Source: Chitinophagales bacterium
GTDB taxonomy: Bacteria > Bacteroidota > Bacteroidia > Chitinophagales > LD1
Direction of reading: 5' to 3'
DNA length: 64,000 bases
NCBI GenBank assembly: GCA_046329535.1
Contig: JAXLUN010000001.1
Coordinates: 514,856 to 578,855 of the forward strand
Shown: positions 38,942 to 48,299 of the stretch, piece by piece
How positions within the stretch are numbered: position 1 is the stretch's first letter
Layout of the letters: every line of letters begins with the position of its first letter
Position numbers and translations under genes: made by a program
The notes under the pieces: model-generated
Database searches by the model: none
Told to the model about the DNA's origin: nothing
Seen by the model: the letters and a program-made list of their open reading frames with translations, nothing else

Positions 38942-40069
38942 ATGGAAGAAACCCGTAAATCAGCTGAAGAGTTTCTTGAACTAATCAAACGTTCAAGAAG
39001 GGGGAAGTTTAAAATCTACATTGGCATGAGTGCCGGTGTAGGTAAAACTTACCGCATGTTGCAAGAAGCACATGCTCTGTTGCGTAATGGTATTGATGTA
39101 AAAATCGGTTATATAGAAACGCACTTCCGTAAAGAAACACACGAATTGCTGGAGGGTTTGCCGCTGATACCGCGCAGAAAACTTTTCTACAAAGGAAAAG
39201 AGTTGGAGGAGTTAGATGTGCAGGCGGTTATCAATCTTCGGCCCGAGGTGGTTATAGTTGATGAACTGGCACACACCAACATTGAAGGCAGCAAAAACGA
39301 AAAGCGCTGGCAGGATGTGTTGGAAATACTTGAGGCAGGTATCAATGTTATTAGTGCAGTAAATATTCAACACATTGAAAGTTTGAATGAAGAAATAAAA
39401 GCCATTACAGGTATTGAAGTATCCGAACGTATTCCCGACAAAGTATTGGCACTGGCCGATGAAGTGGTGAACATAGACTTAACGGCTGATGAACTGATTG
39501 TTCGTTTAAAAGAAGGTAAAATTTACAAGGCTGAAAAAATTCAGGCAGCGCTCAATAACTTCTTTAAACCTGAACATATTTTGCAGTTACGAGAATTGGC
39601 TTTAAAAGAAGTAGCCGCACAGGTAGAACGAAAAGTGGAAAAGGAAGTGCCGAAGCAACAATCACAAGCCCGCCCTGAGCGCTTTCTGGCCTGCATCTCC
39701 TCTAACCCCGACACAGCCCGCAAAGTAATCCGCAAAACAGCGCGGCTGGCCAGCTATTACAATGGCAAATGGTTTGTGTTATATGTGCAAACTCCCTCCG
39801 AAAGCACCGATAAAATTCCACTCGATAAGCAACGCCACCTCATCAACAATTTCAAACTGGCTACCGAGCTGGGCGGAGAAGTCATACAAATACAAAGCAA
39901 GAATGTTCCCATGGCTATGCTACAGGAAGCTAAGCGCTTTAACGTAACTACCATCTGTATCGGTAAACCACACCTCAGCCTTTTTAAAATAATTTTAGCT
40001 ACCAATCTTTTCAACGAGCTTCTCAAGAGCATCGAAACTTCCGATATTGATTTAATTATTCTCAGTTGA
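38942..40069 (+). CDS. kdpD: KdpD N-terminal sensor (KdpD + Usp domains) as a stand-alone protein
   Basis: GKFKIYIGMSAGVGKTYRMLQEA (P-loop-like KdpD domain) and VDELAHTN, followed by a Usp-like alpha/beta domain. No kinase core. Confidence 0.85.
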   Translation: MEETRKSAEEFLELIKRSRRGKFKIYIGMSAGVGKTYRMLQEAHALLRNGIDVKIGYIETHFRKETHELLEGLPLIPRRKLFYKGKELEELDVQAVINLRPEVVIVDELAHTNIEGSKNEKRWQDVLEILEAGINVISAVNIQHIESLNEEIKAITGIEVSERIPDKVLALADEVVNIDLTADELIVRLKEGKIYKAEKIQAALNNFFKPEHILQLRELALKEVAAQVERKVEKEVPKQQSQARPERFLACISSNPDTARKVIRKTARLASYYNGKWFVLYVQTPSESTDKIPLDKQRHLINNFKLATELGGEVIQIQSKNVPMAMLQEAKRFNVTTICIGKPHLSLFKIILATNLFNELLKSIETSDIDLIILS

Positions 40070-40082
40070 ATTCTGTGTACAC

Positions 40083-41762
40083 ATGAAAGTAAAATCCAAA
40101 ATACGCTTAGGGCTGCTTTTCCTGCTGGTCATTATTATTCTTTTGTCGGGTGCAGGCAGTTACTACATTAACTACTTGGCCAATGAGTCGGAAGATATCC
40201 TCCGCGAAAACTACAACTCGCTCACCTACACCAAAAACATGATTGATGCCCTCGATGATAAAGCAGCCGACAGAGCCATCGTGAGTTTTGAAACTAATCT
40301 GATAAAACAGGAAAACAACATCACCGAAAAAGGAGAGAAGCAGGCTACCGAGCGTCTTCGGGCTCTTTTCATTCAGTATAAAACCCATCATCGTTCCGAC
40401 TCGCTGGCGGTAGTTTTGCGTTCTGAAATTTTAGCTATCCAGGAATTGAACATGAACGCCATTACCGAAAAGAACAATGCCATTACACAAAAAACAAAAA
40501 CTGCCTTTGCTTACATCACTATCCTGGGCACGCTCTGCTTTCTGCTCAGCTTTACTTTCGTTATCAATTTTCCGCGCTGGATTGCCGATCCTATAGTGGC
40601 CCTTACCGATGGTATCAGAAAAATTTCCGGCAAGGACTATTCTGCCCGCATACAACTGAGCTCTAACGATGAGTTTGGCGAACTGGCACAGGCTTTCAAT
40701 AACATGGCTGAACAACTAAACCGTTGGGAACACAGCAACGTTTCAAAGCTCATGTTCGAAAAGAGCCGTATCGAAGCTATTATCAATAACATGCAGGATG
40801 CGGTTATAGGTTTAGATGAAAACCGGAAAATCCTTTTCATTAACGAAGTGGCCGAAACGCTTCTTACATTAAAGAAAGAAGAAGTAGTGGGCAAGTATGC
40901 TCCCGATGTGGCAATGCAAAATGATTTATTGCGAAATCTGCTGAATAAAACAGGCAGCAACGAATTGAAAATATATGCGAACAATAAGGAGAGCTACTTT
41001 GTAAAAAATTTTAAGGAAGTGACTACTGGTGAAAAGGTGATTGGCGAAGTAATAGCCCTGCACAACATCACCCCTTTCAAAGAACTGGATACCGCTAAAA
41101 CAAACTTTATAGCCACGGTATCGCACGAGTTAAAAACACCTATTGCCAGCATACGCATGAGTGTTGAGCTGCTGGAGAATGAAAAAACCGGAGGGCTGAA
41201 CACCGAACAAAAACAACTGGTGCAAAGCGTTGATGACGATACTGCCCGCCTGCTGAAAATTACCGGAGAGCTGCTGAATATGACACAGGTAGAAACCGGA
41301 AACATACAGCTCACTTTTAATAAAGTAGCTCCCAAACAAATTGTAGAATTCGCTGTTGAATCTGTGCGCACACTGGCAGAGCAAAAACAAATTCAGCTAG
41401 AATTTTCTATACCTGATAATCTTCCCGGTGTAAATGCAGATTTAGATAAAACAGTTTGGGTGTTGGTCAACCTTCTAACCAATGCTATTCGATACTCCCA
41501 TGAGCAAGGTAAAATTCAGATAGTTATTGAGGATAAAGAGAAGTATGTTCAATTCTCAGTTACAGATTTCGGTATAGGAATTGATGAAAAAAATATGCCT
41601 CGCATTTTCGAAAGATATTTTAAAGTTCCCGGAAATAAAGGTGGCACTGGTCTTGGTTTAGCTATTAGCAAAGAATTTATAGAAGCACAAGGAGGTGAGA
41701 TTTCCGTAATCAGCAAAACAGGATTTGGAAGTACTTTCGCAATTCGACTCACAAAGGCCTGA
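40083..41762 (+). CDS. Sensor histidine kinase (TM-HAMP-PAS-HisKA-HATPase)
   Basis: Two transmembrane helices, a HAMP segment, H-box TVSHELKTPIASI, N and G boxes (LLTNAIRYS; GGTGLGLAISKEF). Confidence 0.9.
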   Translation: MKVKSKIRLGLLFLLVIIILLSGAGSYYINYLANESEDILRENYNSLTYTKNMIDALDDKAADRAIVSFETNLIKQENNITEKGEKQATERLRALFIQYKTHHRSDSLAVVLRSEILAIQELNMNAITEKNNAITQKTKTAFAYITILGTLCFLLSFTFVINFPRWIADPIVALTDGIRKISGKDYSARIQLSSNDEFGELAQAFNNMAEQLNRWEHSNVSKLMFEKSRIEAIINNMQDAVIGLDENRKILFINEVAETLLTLKKEEVVGKYAPDVAMQNDLLRNLLNKTGSNELKIYANNKESYFVKNFKEVTTGEKVIGEVIALHNITPFKELDTAKTNFIATVSHELKTPIASIRMSVELLENEKTGGLNTEQKQLVQSVDDDTARLLKITGELLNMTQVETGNIQLTFNKVAPKQIVEFAVESVRTLAEQKQIQLEFSIPDNLPGVNADLDKTVWVLVNLLTNAIRYSHEQGKIQIVIEDKEKYVQFSVTDFGIGIDEKNMPRIFERYFKVPGNKGGTGLGLAISKEFIEAQGGEISVISKTGFGSTFAIRLTKA

Positions 41763-41850
41763 TGTATCAATTGCTGTTTTGTAAATTTAACTGGGTACCG
41801 CGATTTGATAGAAACAGTAAACATCTCACACCTGATTCAATGAACTATTC

Positions 41851-41933
41851 TTTTTTGTTTAGTAATGTACTTTAATCTGTAGTTCATTACAAACAAAAAA
41901 ATGGTTACAAGATTTAATCTCCTGTAACCATTT
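41851..41933. terminator. Two adjacent hairpins sharing an A/T run, between the kinase gene (+) and the tRNA (-)
   Basis: Hairpin 1 is ttttttgttt(a)gtaatg / cattacaaacaaaaaa, with one bulge. Hairpin 2 is aaatggttaca / tgtaaccattt (11 bp), which is followed by a T-run on the minus strand. Confidence 0.65.
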
Positions 41934-41944
41934 AACTTTTAGGG

Positions 41945-42018
41945 TGGTCCCTGCTGGGATCGAACCAGCGACCCTCTGATTATGAGTCAGATGCTCTAAC
42001 CATCTGAGCTAAGAGACC
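41945..42018 (-). tRNA. tRNA-Met (anticodon CAT), elongator-like
   Basis: The reverse complement is GGTCTCTTAGCTCAGATGGTTAGAGCATCTGACTCATAATCAGAGGGTCGCTGGTTCGATCCCAGCAGGGACCA. It folds as a cloverleaf with a 7-bp acceptor stem, D arm GCTC/GAGC, anticodon loop CTCATAA and T arm GCTGG-TTCGATC-CCAGC. CCA is not encoded. A lysidine-type tRNA-Ile2 cannot be excluded by eye. Confidence 0.85.
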
Positions 42019-42149
42019 GGACAATTTTTCAATTGTTGGGGCGAAAATAATTATTCAATCGTATTTCCGAAATGTTCAGCGCAATTCGTGCTTGCAATTA
42101 TTACCCAATCATCCGTTTGTTCTTCTGTATCATTGCCTGCATTTACAAT

Positions 42150-42779
42150 ATGAGCAAGATAAAGAATCTCATTTTCGATATCGGTAATGTCATTGTAGAT
42201 ATTGACTACATGACCACCGTGGCAGAATTTCAGAAGTTATCTACCGTTGACTTCAGCGCAATAGTTTCTTATTCCAGGCAGCATCACATTTTTGACCAAT
42301 TTGAAACCGGCAAATTGACGGCACAACAGTTTCGCGATGAACTAAAACGTTTTCTGAAACCCGCAGTAAGTGATGAGGAAATAAACCATGCCTGGAATTC
42401 TATCTTAATCGATTACCCAGTGCAGAAGATTGATTTGCTGCGTCATCTGAAGACTCGCTATCCTATTTTTGCTCTGAGCAATATCAACGAAATTCACGTA
42501 GCCTCTATCGACCGGGTGGCGTGTGAAAAATTTGGCGCCCATAGTTTTCGTGATTTTTTTCATGCCGCTTATTATAGCAACGAAGTCGGTCTTCGCAAAC
42601 CCGACCGGGAAATTTACGAGTATGTATTAGCCAAAGAAAATCTGAACGCTGCCGAAACATTTTTTGTAGACGATAAGGAGGAAAACGTAGAAACCGCCCG
42701 GCTACTCGGTTTGCAGGCCTATCAGTTATCCCATCCCGATAAGCTGATGGATCTGCTTACACAGTTACAGATAATATGA
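42150..42779 (+). CDS. HAD-family hydrolase (YihX-like)
   Basis: The motif I variant LIFDIGNVIVDIDY closely resembles E. coli YihX (YIFDLGNVIVDIDF). A C-terminal FVDD motif is present. Confidence 0.75.
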   Translation: MSKIKNLIFDIGNVIVDIDYMTTVAEFQKLSTVDFSAIVSYSRQHHIFDQFETGKLTAQQFRDELKRFLKPAVSDEEINHAWNSILIDYPVQKIDLLRHLKTRYPIFALSNINEIHVASIDRVACEKFGAHSFRDFFHAAYYSNEVGLRKPDREIYEYVLAKENLNAAETFFVDDKEENVETARLLGLQAYQLSHPDKLMDLLTQLQII

Positions 42780-43726
42780 GAGCGTCCATTTTACTCATCT
42801 GGTTGCTTTTTACAGTTTTTATAGACGCTGATGCGCAGCAACAATTCATTTTTCTGGCCGATAAAACAAAGTTGTTTGAGGCGCGCAAAAATGAGTTTTA
42901 CTCGCCCGATGGCAGGGAGCTTCTATATTTTCAGAAAGGCAATATTTTTTTCAATGGCGGTACCGATGAGCGGCAGAATATCTTTTTGCTTACTACCTCC
43001 ATCAATTTGAATAGTGAAAAATTGGAGTCTGTTTTTGAACGCGATAACAGGGAGGCTTCATTCTCTTTTCAAAACAATAAATTCTATGTCGGCAAAACTG
43101 AATCGGATGATTTGCGCCCCAACACCGAACTGATTCACGTGGTGCGAACCGGCAAGTGGCTATCCTTTTACGCTTCGTATAATGATAGTCTTTTAGCTTA
43201 TTACCGGGCCGATTCTGTTTTGCCTTCGGCATCCGTACTCGTAGCCTATACCCTTAGCCGGAAATATGCTCTGCCTAAGAAAATTGTTGTACAGCAAACT
43301 TCATTGCCGTTTGAGAACGCCCCCTATTCGTACATTAAACCAATTTTTGGAAACATTACCGCCAACGAATGGCTTTGGGATGGAAAAATTCTTCGCCCCC
43401 GTTGGAATACTGATCCGCATCTGGCTTGGACCTTTGATGGCGAAACCGTGAAGCCTTACATCAGTAACAATGTGTATGACCAGTATGGCTGGGATGGCGA
43501 AATTTTTAAACCCGTTTGGCGTACCAACCGAGCCCAGGAATGGTCGTGGGATGGTAAGCGTTTACAGCCCACCTACAGTACCGACTGGGCCAATCAGTAT
43601 AACATAGAAAATGGAGTGATAAAGCCTTGGAGTAATGTTCATCCGGAAAAGGAATGGCAGGTAGATGGAGAAATACCTATACCGTTGATTATTTTGGTTG
43701 TCAGCGGCATTGCTCGCCCAAACTGA
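42776..43726 (+). CDS. Secreted protein with six 19-aa WxWDG-type repeats and a hydrophobic C-terminus
   Basis: Signal peptide MRASILLIWLLFTVFIDADA. Repeats run across residues about 198-300. The ATGA start overlaps the HAD gene stop. Confidence 0.6.
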   Translation: MRASILLIWLLFTVFIDADAQQQFIFLADKTKLFEARKNEFYSPDGRELLYFQKGNIFFNGGTDERQNIFLLTTSINLNSEKLESVFERDNREASFSFQNNKFYVGKTESDDLRPNTELIHVVRTGKWLSFYASYNDSLLAYYRADSVLPSASVLVAYTLSRKYALPKKIVVQQTSLPFENAPYSYIKPIFGNITANEWLWDGKILRPRWNTDPHLAWTFDGETVKPYISNNVYDQYGWDGEIFKPVWRTNRAQEWSWDGKRLQPTYSTDWANQYNIENGVIKPWSNVHPEKEWQVDGEIPIPLIILVVSGIARPN

Positions 43727-43784
43727 GCGGTACTCCAAAATTAGATTATAAGTATAAATTCGCTCTTAAATAAAACATGACCGT

Positions 43785-44075
43785 ATGAAGAAGTTATTAT
43801 TCAGCGCAGCATTCTTAGCTGTTTTTATGTTTAACTCCTGCAACCGGGGAGCCGACAAAGAAGAGCAGACCACCACTCCTGCTCCTCAAAGTAACAACAT
43901 TGATATTAAGGTAGCTGATCTGGGCAGTCCGAAAGATTTTGTGTGCGGAATGGATGTGGAAGAAGGTTCTATTGCCGATACAGCTTCCTTTGAAGGTAAA
44001 ACTTACGGATTCTGTTCATCGGAGTGCAAGGCGGAATTCATCAAGAATCCGCAATCTTATTTAGCTCAAAAGTAA
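43785..44075 (+). CDS. YHS-domain lipoprotein
   Basis: Lipobox FMFNSC, and the YHS-like segment FVCGMDVEEGS...YGFCSSECKAEFIKNP. Confidence 0.7.
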   Translation: MKKLLFSAAFLAVFMFNSCNRGADKEEQTTTPAPQSNNIDIKVADLGSPKDFVCGMDVEEGSIADTASFEGKTYGFCSSECKAEFIKNPQSYLAQK

Positions 44076-44084
44076 AAAGCATTT

Positions 44085-45083
44085 ATGCCATCCAGTAAAA
44101 TTACAGGTTTGGGAATGTACGTTCCCGAAACCGTAGTAACCAATGCAGATTTATCTGAAATGATGGATACTACCGATGAATGGATTATTGAACGGACCGG
44201 AATTAAAGAGAGAAGATTTTTCAAAGAAGGGGTGGATACCGTTTCCAGCATGGGAACTCATGCCGCAAAAATGGCCTTGGAGCGTGCTGGTCGCAAAGCG
44301 GAAGATGTTGATTTAATTGTATTTGCCACACTCAGCTCAGATTATAATTTCCCGGGCTCAGGTGTCTTGCTACAACGTTCCCTGCCTTTCAAAAACATAG
44401 GGGCTATTGATATACGAACTCAATGTTCAGGTTTTATCTATGCATTGTCTGTTGCCGACCAATACATCCGCTCCGGTAAATACAAAACAATTCTGGTGGT
44501 CGGCTCAGAAGTGCAATCAAACGTATTTGAAAAAAGTGACCGGGGTAGAAGTATGGCTGTAATTTTTGGTGATGGGGCTGGAGCAGTATTACTGGAAGCT
44601 ACGGATCAAAAAGATAAGGGTATTCTCACCACCATTCTTCATAGCGATGGGCACCATGCAGAGGAATTGTTTTTGGAACATCCCGGTAGTAGAAGAAAAG
44701 AGCGATTTACTCCGGATATGCTGGAGAAGGGAGAGTTGCTTCCATATATGAACGGTAAACAGGTTTTTGTAAATGCCCTGAAGTACTTTCCGGAAGTTAT
44801 ACGAGAGGCATTAACCGAGTGTGACCTGAAAGATGAAGACATCGATTTACTGGTGCCTCATCAGGCTAATGCGCGTATCACGCTCGCTATTCAGAAGGAA
44901 ATGAACCTACCCGATGAAAAGGTGGTTTCCAATATTCATAAATACGGGAATACAACAGCTGCTTCCATTCCGATTGCTTTATGTGAAGCTTGGCAGGAAG
45001 GCAGAATTAAAGACGGTGACTTAGTTGCTATTGCCGGTTTTGGTTCAGGTTTTTTATGGGCCAGTGCTTTGGTGCGCTGGTAG
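44085..45083 (+). CDS. fabH: Beta-ketoacyl-ACP synthase III
   Basis: Active-site C (QCSGFIYAL), H (VPHQANARI) and N (YGNTTAASIP). Confidence 0.9.
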   Translation: MPSSKITGLGMYVPETVVTNADLSEMMDTTDEWIIERTGIKERRFFKEGVDTVSSMGTHAAKMALERAGRKAEDVDLIVFATLSSDYNFPGSGVLLQRSLPFKNIGAIDIRTQCSGFIYALSVADQYIRSGKYKTILVVGSEVQSNVFEKSDRGRSMAVIFGDGAGAVLLEATDQKDKGILTTILHSDGHHAEELFLEHPGSRRKERFTPDMLEKGELLPYMNGKQVFVNALKYFPEVIREALTECDLKDEDIDLLVPHQANARITLAIQKEMNLPDEKVVSNIHKYGNTTAASIPIALCEAWQEGRIKDGDLVAIAGFGSGFLWASALVRW

Positions 45084-45614
45084 TTATTGTACTTTGCGGC
45101 CTTTAGCTACCCGTTGTTTCACCTGCATATTTTCAATTTTACGTAAATCAACCAGCAGCGAAGCATATTTACTATCTGGGTCCGTGTAATATTCATTACC
45201 TGCATAGTGCACTTTTCCCATTTCGTTTTTCCAATCGCTGGCTAATAGTACATAACGGTCGCTCGCATTTGGGTTTACGCCAAAACTCAGATAATGGTCA
45301 TCACCTACTTCAAAACTGACTAATAACTTATTTTCCTTTGGAATATCTGTTACCACCCCCTTTGTACCGGTGGGAATCAGAATCTCATCAACTTTGCGGC
45401 CTCGGATAGTTTTAATTTTACCCTGCACAATTTCTGTAGAGCCGTTGTTCAGTTCCCGGTGAAGCACCACTTCGTGTGAAACGTAAAACTGAATGCGCCT
45501 AATTTGTTCTTCATTCCAGTTATATTTTTTTCGCATAGCTTCTGTATATGGCACCAGATTTTTGCAAGAAGAAAAAAGTGCGGCTACGGCAAAAAATAAA
45601 ATGATTCTTTTCAT
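45084..45614 (-). CDS. Hypothetical lipoprotein
   Basis: Lipobox ALFSSC after MKRIILFFAVA. No family recognised. Confidence 0.55.
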   Translation of the reverse strand: MKRIILFFAVAALFSSCKNLVPYTEAMRKKYNWNEEQIRRIQFYVSHEVVLHRELNNGSTEIVQGKIKTIRGRKVDEILIPTGTKGVVTDIPKENKLLVSFEVGDDHYLSFGVNPNASDRYVLLASDWKNEMGKVHYAGNEYYTDPDSKYASLLVDLRKIENMQVKQRVAKGRKVQ

Positions 45615-45686
45615 GATTACATTATTTACAGTGTTAATTCCAATTACGATGCCAATATGAGTAAGACCGGCTATAACTTTGACGGT

Positions 45687-47768
45687 TTATGGCAACAAAC
45701 TGAATTTTAAGATTTTTTCAGAATGTTCGGTTTGTAACCGAATCAAATACATCCCCTGCGGCTGATGTTCCAGATTAAAAATCATATCTATTGGGTTAGA
45801 ATCTTCTGCATATTTTGATGCTATTGTTTCTCCCAACATATTAACGATAGATATGCGCACTACCTCTTGATTTGGGCTGTTAAATACAATATTCACTATT
45901 CCGTTAGAGGGGTTGGGATAAATACTAAGATTTTGAATACTCTCCACTTCATCCACTAGCAATGCTGAAGCTTCCAGCACTTCAAATTTATCCAGTGCAC
46001 CCTCAACAATGTTCGGGTTTCCGGAAGATAAATCACTTACCTCAACCGTCAGATGCATATTGCCGGTAGGGGTAATGAAATCCTGAACACGAAACTGCCT
46101 ATTAATCCATTGATTCGCGGAAGAGGATATACTCTCCAACACAACTTCTTGTGAGCCGTTGTGAATCTTGATGAACATAGTATCATCAGGAGTATTCCCA
46201 TCTTCTGAACCATCAAAAAACCATCTGTAATAACGAATGTATGGATCTGTATAACCCGATAAGTCAAAAACCGGGGAGATTAATGACGCAGTACCAGAAT
46301 CAACATTATCGTTGGCTGCAAGCCCTCCAGTCATATTGCCGGTTACAAAACATTTCAGTCCGAAATCATCTTCAAAATCAGAATTTGGATTAGCCTCATT
46401 GGTATCGTAGAAAGTTCCTTGCGGAATATCGCGAACAAACACTCCACTTGAAGACGAGTTAGTGGCGCTCCAGTTATAATTCAATACAAAATCATCGTAG
46501 TAATGATGATTTTGTATTGGCATGGTAATGGAACTTGTGGTTGCTGTGTAATACATATGAACAGCATATTGCTTGGTTAGGTATCCCCATTTTCCGGCAT
46601 ATACATCATAATATCCTTCGGTTAGATTGCTGATGGTAAAATTGCCCGAAGCATCGGCCGTTACTTCATAATCTTGTTGACCGTCAAAAAAGACTTGCGC
46701 ACTGTCCACCCCGTTGTTGTCGGATGCATCAACCACCTGGCCGGAGTATGAAAAAATGTTAGCACTATTGGTACAGCCCATACTTGACTGTATAGAAAGA
46801 CGGTAGGTATTTAGAGTAGCTCGCATAACTTCACGCTGGTCTTGGGTAAATAGATGCATCTGATCATCATCGGCATAGTCCATATAGTTCATCCACATAT
46901 CATATTCATCTATCGGTAATTCATGACAGGTATTTTGTACCAGATTAGGCTGACCGTAGGTAGCTTCTTTTTCGGGTGGTGTATCGCAAATCATATCACC
47001 CTCTAGGCTACATGTTTGCGGGCTCATGCCCTGGCAGCTATCCTGAAATGTATGATATAACATTAGCCAGTGACCCACTTCATGTACCGCAGTTCGGCCT
47101 AAATCATGCAAAGCGGCAAAAGGGTTAGCTGGTGCTTTACCTACGTGTCGGTAATCCAGTACCACCCCATCCTGATTGGCCGGACCAATATTGGGGAATG
47201 TAGCATAACCTAAAAAATTGATGCCCAAGTCGGTTGTCCAAACGTTCAGATATTGGGTAGGGTCCCATTGAGTGACCGGTTTAACATCGGTATCGAAACT
47301 GGTTATATTACTGAACAAATGGCGCGTAATTCCGCTGGTGGGCTGTCCCAAAGGGTTGTAACCAGCCAGGCAAAATTCTATTTCAATATCGGCCTTTCTG
47401 TTGTTGAACCAGGAAGGAATAAAAACGGTATCTGCATTGTGCAACCGGTAGCATTCATTCAAAACACTAATCTGTGATTGTATTTGAGCGTCAGATATAT
47501 TTGGCCCGGTGTTCAGCGGTTCCCCTCCATGTATAATATGAAACACCACTGGAATGGTGATGATAACATTTCTATTCTGTCGGGTAGATTCATTACTGAT
47601 GTAACTCCGCAACTCGTTTTGCATTTGCTCAAAATGTAATGCAGCCGATGAATCTTCTATAAAGATCTGTTGCAATTTTTGCATAGCCGTACAGGGTTCC
47701 GTATGCTGAGCATGCACCGACATCAAAAGCAAAAAAAAAGAGATAACCGGCAAAAGGATAGTTTTCAT
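45687..47768 (-). CDS. M43 (pappalysin/cytophagalysin-like) zinc metalloprotease with T9SS C-terminal domain
   Basis: Zinc motif HEVGHWLMLYHTF and CTD LSIYPNPSNGIVNIVF...GMYLIRLQ. The ATG (MKTILLPV) is at 47768. Confidence 0.8.
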   Translation of the reverse strand: MKTILLPVISFFLLLMSVHAQHTEPCTAMQKLQQIFIEDSSAALHFEQMQNELRSYISNESTRQNRNVIITIPVVFHIIHGGEPLNTGPNISDAQIQSQISVLNECYRLHNADTVFIPSWFNNRKADIEIEFCLAGYNPLGQPTSGITRHLFSNITSFDTDVKPVTQWDPTQYLNVWTTDLGINFLGYATFPNIGPANQDGVVLDYRHVGKAPANPFAALHDLGRTAVHEVGHWLMLYHTFQDSCQGMSPQTCSLEGDMICDTPPEKEATYGQPNLVQNTCHELPIDEYDMWMNYMDYADDDQMHLFTQDQREVMRATLNTYRLSIQSSMGCTNSANIFSYSGQVVDASDNNGVDSAQVFFDGQQDYEVTADASGNFTISNLTEGYYDVYAGKWGYLTKQYAVHMYYTATTSSITMPIQNHHYYDDFVLNYNWSATNSSSSGVFVRDIPQGTFYDTNEANPNSDFEDDFGLKCFVTGNMTGGLAANDNVDSGTASLISPVFDLSGYTDPYIRYYRWFFDGSEDGNTPDDTMFIKIHNGSQEVVLESISSSANQWINRQFRVQDFITPTGNMHLTVEVSDLSSGNPNIVEGALDKFEVLEASALLVDEVESIQNLSIYPNPSNGIVNIVFNSPNQEVVRISIVNMLGETIASKYAEDSNPIDMIFNLEHQPQGMYLIRLQTEHSEKILKFSLLP

Positions 47769-47871
47769 GTATGAAGCTTGCTTTAACAAGACCAAATTTA
47801 CAAGAAAAGGGTTGGTATGAAGTTATTGCTGCGCGTTATAAATGACGGTGAAAGCTTTCAACACAGTAAGG

Positions 47872-48273
47872 CTATACAATTCGTTTGCCATCTTTGTCAA
47901 ATATCTTTACGTTCTCTTCCTGCGCTTCGGCCTTAGCGGTTAAGCGCTCAAAAATGCTATTGATAATTGAAAGCAGAATACTGAAAAATAATGCCTGCCA
48001 GAAAGTAGCTACATCAAAACCGGGTTTCAGTATCCAGGCGGCTAACTCCACAATAAAGGCATTAATGACCAGCAGAAATAACCCTAACGAAATGATAGTG
48101 GCAGGAATGGTAAGAAAAATCAGCACCGGTTTAACTGATACATTTAGCAAAGACAGCAGTGCTGCCAGTAGCAGCGCATAACCAAAACTTTCTAGGTGTA
48201 CTCCAGGCAGAATGTAGGCGGTTATAACTACTGCAATAGCATTTAGAAAAAGTTTGATAATAAAATTCATCAT
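47872..48273 (-). CDS. DUF360 / phage-holin-4_2-like small membrane protein
   Basis: MMNFIIKLFLNAIAVVITAYILPGV followed by 3-4 transmembrane helices, typical of the YvlD/DUF360 family. Confidence 0.65.
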   Translation of the reverse strand: MMNFIIKLFLNAIAVVITAYILPGVHLESFGYALLLAALLSLLNVSVKPVLIFLTIPATIISLGLFLLVINAFIVELAAWILKPGFDVATFWQALFFSILLSIINSIFERLTAKAEAQEENVKIFDKDGKRIV

Positions 48274-48299
48274 GTATGTTTGATTAAACAATAATAGAA

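Noticed and set aside
41945-42150. The tRNA-Met considered as an integration hotspot for a genomic island.
   Set aside because: No integrase is present, I noticed no direct repeat of the tRNA 3' end, and the genes on both sides (kdp kinase, HAD hydrolase) look native.
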